Shown in pieces: positions 49,736 to 61,980 of a DNA stretch of 64,000 bases. The notes beneath the pieces were generated by a model. The model saw only the letters and a program-made list of their open reading frames with translations. It was not told the origin of the DNA and searched no databases. The DNA is taken from the NCBI GenBank assembly GCA_964234715.1, contig OZ174276.1; one strand, written 5' to 3'. How positions within the stretch are numbered: the first letter of the stretch is position 1; every line of letters begins with the position of its first letter. This DNA is from Podarcis melisellensis (Eukaryota). The translations under genes and the position numbers were made by a program.

Positions 49736-50514
49736 CTGCAGGAGGCAGTGGAAGACAGGAGTGCCTGGCATGCTCTGGTCCATGGGGTCACGAAGAGTCG
49801 GACACGACTAAATGACTAAACAACAACAACATTACTATCAGGACCTCCCAATATATTTTGCTGTCTGAGGCAACACATACATACTCACTGGACAGGTAGC
49901 TGTAGTATTTTAATGGCTAGATTAGTGCCATTCAGTCAGTATGTTGCTGCCTTTGGGTTGGGTTTGGATGTTGCAGTTAGTGCCTGGACTTTGAGGTCAT
50001 TGGGAGATTCCCTTCTGATGTTGTCTCAGTTTTGTAGGATACAGTACATGATGACTCTTGAGAGGGCATTCTCATAAATGATGCCCTGACTCTCAAATGC
50101 CCTCCCCTCTCAAGTAGGTGTGAGCAGTATCAACACTGATGGAGTTTTGTTGCCAAGTAAAACTGTAGGCAATTCACCTAAACATTTTACTAAAGCAGCC
50201 CCGCTCACTTGACTGATACACTTTTGTTGTTAATATATTATCCATTCTTAAGGTGCATTTAAATGAAATATTGTTTTAATGTTGTTTCTCACTTTGGGGT
50301 TGTGTGAACCAAGGAGAGTGGGTTATAAATAAAGAATAAAATCCAATAATATGTACATGTTATTGTTAGTTATAGTAATCATAATTTGATTTCTTACCTG
50401 GCCTTCACCTTAAGGTCCCAGTGCAGTTTACATGTAAAAATACAATATTAAAAACAGTTTAAAACAAATTAGTCACCAGAATAGGGCAGAACGTATGAAA
50501 GACACGCATAAGAT

Positions 50515-50899
50515 TAAATTAAAGTTAAAGGACCCCTGACAGTTAAGTCCAGTCGCTGACGACTCTGGGGTTGCGGCTCTCATCTCGCTTTACAGGCCAA
50601 GGGAGCCGGTGTTTGTCCACAGACAGTTTTTCCGGGTCATGTGGCCAGCATGACTAAGCCGCTTCTGGTGCAACAGAACACTGAAATCAGGGCAGCGCAC
50701 AGAAACACCGTTTACCTTCCCGGCGGAGTGGTTCCTATTTATCTACTTGCACTTTTTGACGTGCTTGCGAACTGCTAGGTTGGCAGGAGCTGGGACCGAG
50801 CAACGGGAGCTCACCCCATTGCTGGAATACGAACTGCCAATCTTCTGAGTGGCAAGCCCAAGAGGCTCAGTGGTTTAGACCACAGCACCACCTGCGTAC
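50515..50899 (-). mobile_element. Sauria SINE (Squam1)
   Basis: Reverse complement of the tRNA-like head GGTGGTGCTGTGGTCTAAACCAC, the core GCAAGTAGATAAATAGG and the tail GGGGTCCTTTAACTTTA. Confidence 0.93.
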
Positions 50900-52991
50900 A
50901 GGACTGCAAACAGTTCATGTGTGTACGGTTAATATTGGTCACTGTCATCCCCTGTTGTCTCTAAACTCCATTTTAAGCAACAAACATTTGAATTGTTTCA
51001 TTTCAATCCAATGTTTGTCAGATGAAGAATACAAGAAGATAGTGGTTTAGAAGATGATTCATAAATTGTAATACAGTAATAATATCCATTTTGATCATAA
51101 AACTTGATTTTTCTGATTAGTGCTAAAAAGCTTATTTTATTAATAAATGCATTGAAGGAACAATCTTTTTAGTGCCAAGTTGAATTCTACCTGATGTTGG
51201 AAAATGCCAAACCTTCCACTCCAACCATTGCCACTGCTCACCAAACACTCAGGAGTGATTTTGCCATGCAGGATCACATCCTGCATGCATTGCAGCAGAA
51301 CAAACTGTCCCTGTGCACATTGCATTCCACTACAATTGCCAAGGGGAAGGGGATGTTCACAGTCCCTGCAGCCAGTGAGACTGAGGCCTGACCATTAACT
51401 CAGAATTCAGGTAGCACCAATCTAGACACTTCAGGAAATCTCATGACAGTTTAACGCTATTGGCGGTTATTATTTGTCATATGCGAAATTGCTCTCCCAA
51501 AGTTTTAGCATTTGGAGCTGAGCAACTGTTTGGCACAGACAGCTGGTTATCAAGAATGAAAGATGCCATTTTTCAAACCTGTTGGATGGTGAAGATTATG
51601 TAGCCCTAGAAGTTGCAAGCAGGACCAGTGGTTGGGGACTATGGGAGCTGTAGTACATCAACCACTGCCCCCCGCCAAGCCACACACACTTTATAACCTG
51701 CAGCCTTTAGTGGCTTGTGCCTTGTGTCATGGACACCTAAATTCCAGGCAGCCCAAGACATTTTGGCACTTGAAGCAAACCAGATAAGAGTGCCTCCTCC
51801 TCCACCTGCCTGCCCTCGCCAGGAAAGAAAGAGTAGGTGAAGATCTACACCAGGAACAAGGGGTGAAGACAGACAGACATCAGGATCTGCTGTCCCTGTG
51901 GATCCTTCCACTGGAGGTGCTCGCCTCACCTGGCCTCATGGATTGGCTAGTCCTGCATTGAAATAAGCTATTAAATATTTGGAAGGTATTTAGAAAGTAA
52001 AAGGCAGATGAAATGTTGACTATCTCTCTAAAATGGTCTCCAAAGACCTCCATCTGAGCCATCAATAGTAAGGGCTAATATGATTCATGAGAATCGGCTT
52101 GCATTTTGCCTTCATCAAGCGATCTGATAGTATCCGCAATTTTTATCCTGAGTACATAAAATGGGCTTAATTTTATATAAAGATTCCCTGTTACACAAAT
52201 AATTTATGTTGGTTCCCTTCCCAGATATGTTAATGACAACCTCAATATGCACATGCAGTATTTGCATTTCCCCTTCTAATTATGTGTTTCTAAGAGGAGC
52301 TCTAGAATTGCAGCAGCACATTAGTCAATTCATGGAACTTGGCTTTTCCCAGACTCGCTTGGCTATCTTTTAGGAGCGCTTCAAAGAGTCCTTAAACAAA
52401 CTTTCCTTTCCGAGTTTGGCAGCATGAATTAAATTTGTCAATATAGCTGGCTGTCTTCTGTCTGCTTTAAGCTACATTACTAAAATCTGCATTTCATTGG
52501 AGGATTTCAACTGCTTCCACAATGCAGTCAATATTTCTGTGAATATTACCAGCTGGTACATTCCTTTAGATAAAGAAGAAATGGCCCCATTTTTAATTTT
52601 ACAGAGCACAACCCATTCACAACATTCCAGATGAAATAACTTTTGTCTTCACTGGGAATTTTGCAACCATTCATCTATTTTCAAATGATAAATAAGGATA
52701 ACAGCCATACAAGTTTAGCTACAGCGATCTAACAAAAAGTGGATCCTCATACAGGTATCTGTTTGGAATAATCATACACCTGCTTGGACATTGGCCCTAA
52801 AGACAATACATTTATATGAGAGCTACTTTCACGTACTAGCCTTGATCCAACTAAAGTTAATTGGACTTAATTGCCAGGAAATCAACAATGGGGTTTAAGT
52901 TAAGTTGTTCGATTTGCGAAGGCAGCTAACTTTAGCAGGACTGGATATCCTAGTTTCAGGACAGAGTACACGTCTGTACTGAAATCCATGA

Positions 52992-53638
52992 CAGTGGACA
53001 CTCGGGTTGCGAACGTGATCCGTGCGTGTCAGGGAACTGCCATCAGGGCCGGAGGGAGAGAGCAGGCTCCGGAGGGGTCTCAGAGAGCGTCCCGGGATGG
53101 GGAGAGGCAGCCCATCTTCTGGGGAAGAGAATCAGCGTGGCACCAGTGGAGAAGGGGGGCAGATGGGGGAATCGGCGAGGCAGTCCCATGACTCCTTGCC
53201 AGGGACCAGCGGGGAGAGTAAGGGTCCTCCTTGCACAGAAGGCTTCCGCGCAGGGAGAGTAGGAGGAGACTAGGCGTCAAAGAGCTTCTTTGCTGGAAGA
53301 AGTTCAAGAAATGCCCACTGACGGATACTGCCAGCGATTGAGACAGCCACGGGTGAGTGGCTGTCCGGACAGAAAAGGTTCACTCAAGCAATCCAGCCAG
53401 GTGTTGCACCGTTTTACGCATGAGCAACCCCTAGAACCATTACAGTGCGGGAGGCATGTCTGCGCACACACGGGTCGCGATTTGGCACTTCTGCGCATGC
53501 GCCAAGCACAATTTAGTGCTTCTGCGCATGCGCGAGTGCCGAAACCCAGAAGTAACCCGTTCCAGTACTTCCGGGCTCGGCGTGGTGTGCAACCCGAAAA
53601 CGCGCAACCTGAAGCATCTGTAACCCGAGGTATGACTG
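52992..53638. mobile_element. Tigger-like MITE, family B-related, interrupted by a solo LTR
   Basis: Ends CAGTGGACACTCGGGTTGC and TAACCCGAGGTATGACTG followed by TA. Interior resembles 25014-25258 reversed. Confidence 0.82.
53027..53444. mobile_element. Solo LTR (Gypsy/ERV-type), 418 bp
   Basis: TG...CA termini (TGTCA / TTACA) and a perfect 5-bp TSD GTGCG (53022-53026 and 53445-53449). Confidence 0.85.
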
Positions 53639-55715
53639 TATTTGCACTCTCAAGTAAGAACCAAACTACACATTACATCCATCTGAATGTGAGTAGAGTC
53701 TAAACCCCTCCCTCTTTTTCCTTTGTTTCTTTTTTGACTTGGAAAAGCACTTCACAATTGAAGAGGAGGTGGCAGAGGAAAGGCTAGTAGTAAATGTACT
53801 ACCTATTTCTCATTGTTTTCTACTCCAGTGTGCCATCTGATTTAGTATTATACCTTAGTTGAACTTATATTTATTTACAGTCACTCGGACAGCCAACCTT
53901 ACCCCATATGATCCTTGATACACCAAGGTGCCAAAATAGGCAGTCTCAGAAGGATGCTAGCGGGGTGCGGGGGGAGGTCCCTGTAAAGAAAGATATGTAA
54001 ATGAATGTCTGAGAACTGTGGTTAAATGTGGTGTATTTTCACCTGAATACACTGAATAAGTTACATTTGCAGCATTGTTGGCTCTCTAGAGGGCCTTCTA
54101 ACGTCGTGGTTTGTATGTATTACACTCCTGCATAACTAGTTGTCTGTGTGCCTGGAACATTTTTTCCCCTTATAAATGAAAAGATTTTAATTTCGCACCA
54201 TAGTTGTCTTGCTATTCCAATCTTCTGAGACTGATTTAATCAAGTGACAACAGTTGTGGCGTTAGCTTAGCCTGCTCATCCCAAAGTTCATCCTTTTAAA
54301 TTTCAGTTCCACGGGAATAATACACAGCGAGTTTTTCCCCTACGATGATTTGCCTGTTGCTCAAGTCGGTGACCCTTTGCATGAATGTATTTAGGGCTCC
54401 AAAGATCAGGCAGAGATAAAGGAGAAGCAGGAAATGTAGCGCTCCAAGAGACATTTATACGGAGACAGTTTTTGATTAATAAAACCATTCTGCTGCTGGC
54501 TCGTTATAATTATTTATGGAGCATCTTGAGTATACATAGCACGTTACACAACTTGTAAGAAGACTGAGTTCATGCCCTGAGTAGCTTTCAGTCTAATGGA
54601 AACACAATACAGTACTCAAGGTAATTGATAAAACACAAGAGTGGTGTTGAGATCATCCAGATTTACAAGGGTAGGACATAGGCACACCATGCAACTAACA
54701 ATGGTGGGTGACAGGGAGGACACCATTATCTTGAAATCGGCCAGCAACACAACTTATTGTATTGGGATACTCTAAATGCAGTCCTCTCTGAGATTTGGAT
54801 CTCACAACTTTGGAATTTAATTTTAATGGACAGGAAACATGACAACCCATGTCCAAGAGAGTCAAACAGACAAGAAAACCGCTACTTTTCAATCAACCTG
54901 GCATAGTTTTATCACATAAGCAACATCAGTGGAACATGGTTATAATAGGCCTCCGAGAACCGCATGGCAACTTGCAGGATGAGACCTTCATTTCAAAACC
55001 GAAATGACCAGTCACCCTGGGAGAGGGTGGGGTTGTTGAATATGGGTGGCTGCTTCTTGTACAAATAAGTGAAAACAATGAAATATGTGGGGAGATGGGA
55101 TGTTGCTAGAACTGCAATGTATGGAATATACAGAGCTGGTGGGATAACTGGAACCGAAATCTGCATAGGCCTACCAAGTATGAATTTATTCCTCCAGAAG
55201 ATGCATAGCTTCTAGTGCGTTTTAAAGAATAGAGCAGCTGGACGAGTGAGGTTGTTTAAATAGCACACTTCAGCCAAGAAAACAACACACATCCAAAGAA
55301 AAGAATCCCACTGCAATTCATTCTCGAGTGCAGAGGTTAAACAGGGAAATATTCCAACGTTCACTAGAGGAGGTTTGCTTGAAAGGGGTCACTCGAAGAG
55401 CCAGCTTTGTGCTGTCAAACATAACCGCAACATGGGAAGTAGTGAATCTAACGGCGGGGTCAACAACTGGAAGTCCCCTAGTGACCCTGAACCATTCATT
55501 TCCATTGGGGGCCATTGAATGCTTCCGATTGCTGGCTGCCTGGGATAAATGATAGCACTGCATCGTTCTTAGAGCATGTCTTGCCTGTGAATGTCCAAGG
55601 TCATCACTGGAGATAGATTGCTGTGCTTGATGGATCTTCCTTTTCTAGCTCAGCAGCCTAGTTACTGTGCATTTACTGATACGCTTCACAATGTAGCAGT
55701 TCCCTAATCTGGGAC

Positions 55716-56626
55716 TAGGGATGGAAGCAAAATTCAATTCAACCCACATTTAAGGGGAAATTTACCTAGTTTGTACTTTCTGGAATAATAAATGAACTGA
55801 AACACAGCCGTCCTTCAAAATCTGCACTTCTCCAAACTTCACAGTGCAGTTCTCCAACCAAGTAGCATGTACAAAATGAGTGTGCCTATAAATGCATTAT
55901 TGGTTTAAATAGCATACAGAAATGCTTCACATTAGGGAAAATATGCTTTGTAAGGATGTGTATTTTAGGCAAAACTGCACACAATAAAAGTGTGTTTTAG
56001 GGGGAAATTTACACAAAAATGCTGAATTTTCATGAGGCTTTTTAAAAACAAAAACAAAAAAAACTGATGTGGAAGTGTGGAGAACTCCATTGCTATATTT
56101 GGCTCCATTGCCAAATCCTGGAAGACATTCAGTCTTAATAATCTGGATTGCTGGTACTCCAGGGTTTGGCAAATTGCCCTCCTTGAAAAGACCTCTCATA
56201 AACTAAAAGTATCTAAACACCAATGCTCAAATGACCACTTTTGTGCTATATGACATGATGTTATTTCTTATACAAATATTGAGGCACACAGTCACTCAGT
56301 GTCACCAGTGTATGCAAACCTCTGGTTCATCTAAGATTTTATAAGCCTTTATTTTCAATAATGATGGAACTCACAGGCAGAGAATACTTTTATTTTTAAA
56401 TACCTTTGTTATTTTAAAGGGAATCCTTGTATCAGTTGGTACTATATTATTCCTGTGGAGTTGCACTGTGACTTTTATGGTTGACATATTCAATTCTTCG
56501 TTTTCTTTCCTTTTGTTTCATTTTCACTTCTCAACATGAAATTCAATAAAATCTATTGGGGGGGGAATCTAAAGAAGTAAATTTAAGATCTGAAAAACTG
56601 AGAGAAACCAACATTCTCCCATCCAG
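55716..56626. mobile_element. hAT-like non-autonomous element (TAGGGATGG end) interrupted by an L1 3' fragment
   Basis: TAGGGATGGAAG start and CTCCCATCC end; the body stops near 56086 and resumes near 56570. Confidence 0.6.
56087..56567 (+). mobile_element. L1 LINE 3' fragment
   Basis: Translates IAKSWK..LDCWYSRVWQIALLEK..KLK..F-AI*, typical of a non-mammalian L1 ORF2 C-terminus. It is followed by a T-rich 3' UTR and AATAAA near 56546. Confidence 0.7.
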
Positions 56627-59600
56627 ATTTAAGACTAATGTTTTTGCCTACGGGATCCAGTCCTATCATGAGAGAGTGTGAGGCAGCTGCTTCAGGTGGC
56701 TGATTCTGAGAAGTGGACAATGAACCGAGTTGTGTCTGCCCACCAGTACTAGTTTATATAGCTCGGTTGCAGTGGAGGAGGCTGTCCTGTCACCAGTGTC
56801 AAAGCCAGATTTAGCTGCTAGCCTGGCTGAATTTTGCCTATAGAAGGAAGGTGGGTGGCATCAGTTGCTTCAGGCAACAAAATGTCTTGGGCTGGTCCTG
56901 TTGCACACCTGAAATTTTTTACTCCTCTAGTAGCCAATTGGCTCAAAATGGCTAGTTTCTATTAATAAATACCCAGGCATCTGAATCAGCTACATTATCT
57001 TTGGAGTTTGCTTTAGACAAATAAAGAACTTCCCATCTATCAGGGGCACATGCCAGCTGCAGGTGTCATTCCCAGGCTTCTCATTAGCTTGAAGGCTTTA
57101 TCTCAAATTGTGTCATTTCAGAGAGCATATTAGAAGCTAAGTGGGTGTGCAATTGCTGAAGAAACGTTTGCAAAGTTGTTCAAGACCAGGGTCTTATGCA
57201 AGTTCTTCCCCCCCACTGCCTCTTTCTTCCACCTTTGTTTGGTCAGAGAAGTCAAACCTCTATTCTGACCTGTAACTATTTCCTTGTTGCCTTGAATAAA
57301 CAAAATTACTCCCAAATTCACATCATCTTTTAGCAAAATGCAGATGTGCATGCATGTGCTCCCACACACTTTCATTCTCATATCTCTCCCACAAACTCTC
57401 ATAAAGATTTGACCTTCAGAAGCAGCCTGGGCTTCCAGAGGCAAGCAGGTTTCAGCCTTAGCCTCACAGACAGCTGCACAATTGAGGCAAAGGTCAAGTC
57501 AATGCTATGTGAAACAATATGAGGATTCTCCCAGCATCAGTAAAGCTAAACAAAAGCAGAAGGGATGTTAAAAAAAAAGAGGAAAGAGAAAGGGCCACAA
57601 ACTGGAAGAAATTAATAAAAACAAACAACAAATAAAAGGAGACACAGCAAAACAGAGGTCCTTTTTTCTCCTCCCTGCCCCCTTTATGATATCAGAGACA
57701 TCACCTTGAAAAATTGCCAGTGGCATCACTCACTCATACATCCCATGTATAGGACTAACCATCCAAACCTGTGTATAGTAAATCACGTATTTCACAGTAG
57801 TTTCATATTTTGGTCAAGAGAGGCTGGTTTTGAAATATGCAACTGCATTTCTTCTAATTTTCATGGAATTATTCAGAATGTGCCTTGCCTCCATTGCTTT
57901 ACATGGAGATCCATATCACAGACTTTATATGGAAGAAGAAGGTCCCGTTGGTGAGACTTATGAACTCGATATCTCAATGAGCATCCCAGCACATGACTAT
58001 GAATCTACCCAGTGAGATTTCTTCAAACTAATGGGCAGGGCAATCCGACAGGCAGGGGAAACTTGAGGCTGAGGAACTGCCATATCCAGAGCTCTGCCAG
58101 CCTCGTGGGGGCAGAGCAGAAGGTGGGGAGGTCAGGGGTGTGGTTTCCCTTTGCCTCACTGCCCCTATTTTGGGGACATGTTGCAGGAAAGGGTATGTTT
58201 TGGGTTCAGATATCAGCTCAGAACACCCCTTTTTCTCCCTCTCTTCACCATTGGAGCACCATTGGAACTTGACGCTGTTCTATTGTTCTCTGGGGGGAAG
58301 AACATGTCTAGCCTTCTGGTTATAGTCATAATTATTTTTCCATACAATTCCCTCTGAGGACAATGGAGCATCATCAAGCTCCACTGCTCTCAGGGGAACT
58401 TGCTGTGTTTGCATTCAGAGCAAATGCGCCAGCTGCTCCAGAATGTGGTCAATTGGGTGTCCTGTTCTGAAAAGGAATTGAGGCAGCACATAACCCTCAG
58501 ACCATCTCTTAAGTACTTATTTTTTAAAAAATAAAAAGCATGTGTCTGAATGGATTTTATAGGATCTTCCATGAAAGATCTGCCCAGAAATGGAATGGGA
58601 TAGACTTAGTTCCCTGTATAGTACTGGATTTTAACAGATCCACCTAGTGAGCACCTCAGTTAAATGTCCTTGATTTGTCACTTCACAGGGTTTGTATATT
58701 TTGTTTGTTATTTGTGTTTATTAAGAAAATCATGTTTTTAATGTCCTTGATTCACCCTTCGTTCCCATATACTTTCGACTGAATACACAAACATCCCCTT
58801 GCCTCATAGTTCTGCAACATGATGCTGTACTAAAGCACCATACAAACTGAGTGGAAATAACACTTTGGGTACAACCCTTAGACCGCTAGTTCCAGAGAAA
58901 AATTGAATTAACTGATAGTTTAGGTCAATGCATCTCAAACAGCGTAAAAGAGACTGGGGTTCATGGACTCTATTAGATGTATTTGCTTCATTGAGATACT
59001 TTACCCCCATTGACTCAGTGCTCCTTTTCAATAACGGTAGATCTTTCCGTGAAGAAGAATATTCAGCAATTTTTAACCATGCGCTATAGTCTATTTTAAT
59101 TGTTTGTCAGAACAGTTTGTACTCTGTAAACAAGAAGAATTGCATAATCACCAGCAGGAAAGAAACAATGCATAAATAGGTCCAGCAATGAAAGGTGCAG
59201 GTCTTTAGCCAGAGAAACAGCATGAAAATACATGGTGTGCCCTTTCTCCTACACAGCCGTCTCAATGTACACGGACAGCATAATAAATCTGGTGCTTTGG
59301 GATAATTCTCCATGTCAGCTGCTGAAGGGACTTTGATCTACAGTTGAACCAACACACGATCTGTTAATCAGAAGAAAAGCAGCTGTTGAAAGTATTGAGT
59401 TGGAGTATGTATGAAATCAGGCTATAATGCACCACTGTGCAGGGGATGGAAACAGATTGAGCCCAGGAAGTGAAGATGACGCTTTGCTGAAACAAAGGCC
59501 TTATCATGGACTGGTGTCATCATTCCACCTGCGACTGCTTTTCACACAGAGGAGGAGCAAAAAGGGTACAGATTCAGATCCTTTTCTAATTTATCTATTT

Positions 59601-59814
59601 CATAAAATTTAGACACTGCTTAATTGTAAAAAAGGGGGGGGAATCTCAAAGCAGCTTACAATGACAAAAAACAAAAAAATGGTAAAAGTTAAAAATGATA
59701 AGAATTTAAATCAGCAATGAATCAAAAGCAGATTAAAACAGACATCAGCGTTCTACACATATCTGGGTACACTTGTCTAAACGAAAAAAAATGTTTTTAG
59801 CAGGTGCCTAAAAG

Positions 59815-60150
59815 TTGTGGTCTAAACCACAGAGCCTAGGGCTTGCTGATCAAAAGGTTGGCGGTTCGAATCCCTGTGATGGGGTGAGCTCCTGTTGCTT
59901 GGTCCCTCTTCCTGCCAACCTAGCAGTGTGAAAGCACTTCAAAGTGCAAGTAGATAAATAGGTACTGCTCCGGTGGGAAGGTAAATGGCGTTTCCGTGCG
60001 CTGCTCTGGTTTCGCCAGAAGCAGCTTAGTCATGCTGGCTACATGACCCAGAAGCTGTATGCCGGCTCCCTCAGCCAATAAAGCAAGATGAGCGCCGCAA
60101 CCCCAGAATCATCCACGACTGGACCTAATGGTCAGGGGTCCCATTACCTT
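59815..60150 (+). mobile_element. Sauria SINE (Squam1), slightly 5'-truncated
   Basis: GTGGTCTAAACCAC, B-box GGTTCGAATCC, core GCAAGTAGATAAATAGGTAC, tail ACCTT. TSD TAAAAG (59809-59814 and 60151-60156). Confidence 0.93.
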
Positions 60151-60780
60151 TAAAAGAGTACATACAGTGAAGGCAGCTGTGACCTGATGTCACAGAATCA
60201 AATTGAACCTCAAATCTTTATTGGCATATATGTCACAGAATTACAGAATTGTAGAACTGGATGGGATTCCGAGGGGCATCTAGGTCTATGTTTGGGAACT
60301 GGATGCTTAACCAATTACAGGGTAGGCAGCTGTTGTAGCCCATTGCTCCAAATACCTACCCCCTGGGAGCAATGCCTGGCTTAGGTGGTCGGCCGTTGGG
60401 AAGCTCCTAGGCCAGCTCCTGGGCAGTGGTGGGGTATGAATCCTGGCCGGACCAAGTGCACGGGGCTTGGGATCCAATAAAGGCGATCTGCATTTATATA
60501 TTTTCTAAATAAAAGATTAGGTCTGTGATAGGGAAATGGTCCTGATTGTATCTTCCACGAAGGAGCAGGTGTTCATTTCTCGGTGCTCATTCTGTAATAT
60601 ATATTCATTACATTACACACTGGTGAAACTTAATTTGTGAGCTCCTTGGGACAGATTTCTCATTAGGAATAATACATAATATCAAAACTCCCCATGAAAG
60701 TTTAGAGACTGTGATATTTCTCACAGCATAAGCTTTGGTAGGCAAGGACCTGTTCTGCCAGATGTAAGCTAGATATTTCA

Positions 60781-60910
60781 GCAACTGATGGCGTAGGTGC
60801 TTGCTTACTGAAGCTCATGTCACACAAAACAATTCATAGCCTCTTAAGGTGCCCAAGGATTCCCTGTTGTTCTTTGCGTCTTGCAACATAGCAACATCCT
60901 TCTGGAACTT
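60781..60910 (+). mobile_element. Degenerate Penelope-like terminal-repeat relic
   Basis: GCAACTGATGG-CGTAGG..CTTAC-TGAAGCTCATG...TTAAGGTGCC...TTCTGGAA, collinear with 8341-8478. Confidence 0.6.
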
Positions 60911-61980
60911 ATCCTGCTTTCCTCATTGAGTCTTGCCACTTACCAGCACAAATCAAGGGATGTGTGGTCTTTCAGAATGTAAAATGCGGTATTTCAAAAT
61001 GTAAAAGGATACTCCCACACAAATCAGAAGGACTCGTTACTCTTGCAAAGCAAACTCAGAGAGCTGGTCCTATTGTAGGTATTTGGAGTGAAATGCATCA
61101 AGGTGAAATTAAAGCCACTTGTCATTGTTTTGTGTCTATTATAAACAGCCACTCTTGTGACATAATTTGAATAACTTTAAAAAAAAAAGATGGCCCTAGC
61201 TTCTCAGTGGGAAATATTAATTAGATCTTCCCGCAATGTGCTTGTGATTGCAAAAGTCCGGCACTATTCCCTTTCTTTTCTTGATTTGGTTAGGGATGAT
61301 AAAAACACTGGAGAAGGAGCCAAATTTCACTCAGCCACATAAACTGTATGAATGATTCATAAGTTCTGTCCTTAGTCTTGTACACGGCCACTCTATTTAT
61401 ATGATATGATAATATTATATAAATATCCTGTCCTGTTAATCATACATCTGTATGCATTTCAGCTTAATCAGAGGAACAGCAATTATTCCCCTCTTGCAGA
61501 GATCTCTTTAAAGACCTCCTAATGTGCCAGAGATAAATTACTCAATAAACAAATGTTTAAATACGCTGGCACTGTCCAAGAGCATATTACATTATGTTGA
61601 TCCTCTCATAGCTCTCCTCTGCTTCGGCTGCTGCTGCTGCCACCACCACCGTAAGGCAGAAGGTGGATGCTCTCCAATAGGCTAGCATGCTGATAACAGA
61701 AAATATGCTAAAGATTAAGGTGTGCGTGTGCACATTTGTGCATGCATGTAACATAGGAAGATCTGGTCAATAAGAAGACATCTTTCATTTCCTAGCCAAT
61801 TTAATAGATTAAAAAGAAAGTATTTCTTTGGGCATTTAATGTGATTTTATTTGTTTTATATTGTTTTGTATTTGGCTTATTGGTCTTAGTGACCCTTTCA
61901 ATGGAAAGGAGGGATAAGAAATACCTTAAATAAATAAGAGATTCCACAGTGATGTACTTGCTTGATGCTGTATTGGTACT

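Larger units (their letters stand above)
44270..49830 (+). mobile_element. Bov-B (RTE clade) LINE 3' fragment, split by the RTE-X insertion (pieces 44270-44724 and 49736-49830)
   Basis: Translates to Bov-B RT C-terminus (DFTFLGSM, KRCLLLGRKAMTNLDSILKSRDITL, LKLRLQYFGHLM, REDSLEK-LMLGKIEG-RRRGRQR-RWLD). The 3' end reads CATGGGGTCACGAAGAGTCGGACACGACTAAA with a (CAA)n tail. Perfect 12-bp TSD ATTACTATCAGG (44258-44269 and 49831-49842). Confidence 0.95.

Noticed and set aside
49736-49791. Apparent N-terminus MTPWTRACQALLSSTASCR of the 520-aa ORF
   Set aside because: It starts at GTG and is antisense Bov-B/TSD sequence outside the LINE; the same peptide appears from the other Bov-B copy at 19201. 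It is not a real ORF1 start.
45586-49819. Short alternative-frame and antisense ORFs inside the LINE
   Set aside because: Shadow ORFs of a long coding region with no motifs.
54600-55600. CpG-retaining unique-looking region with overlapping 65-81 aa ORFs
   Set aside because: No recognisable protein or repeat motif; could not assign.
57830-58015. 61-aa ORF with protein-like acidic stretch (HGDPYHRLYMEEEGPVGETYELD)
   Set aside because: No recognisable family and no convincing splice context.
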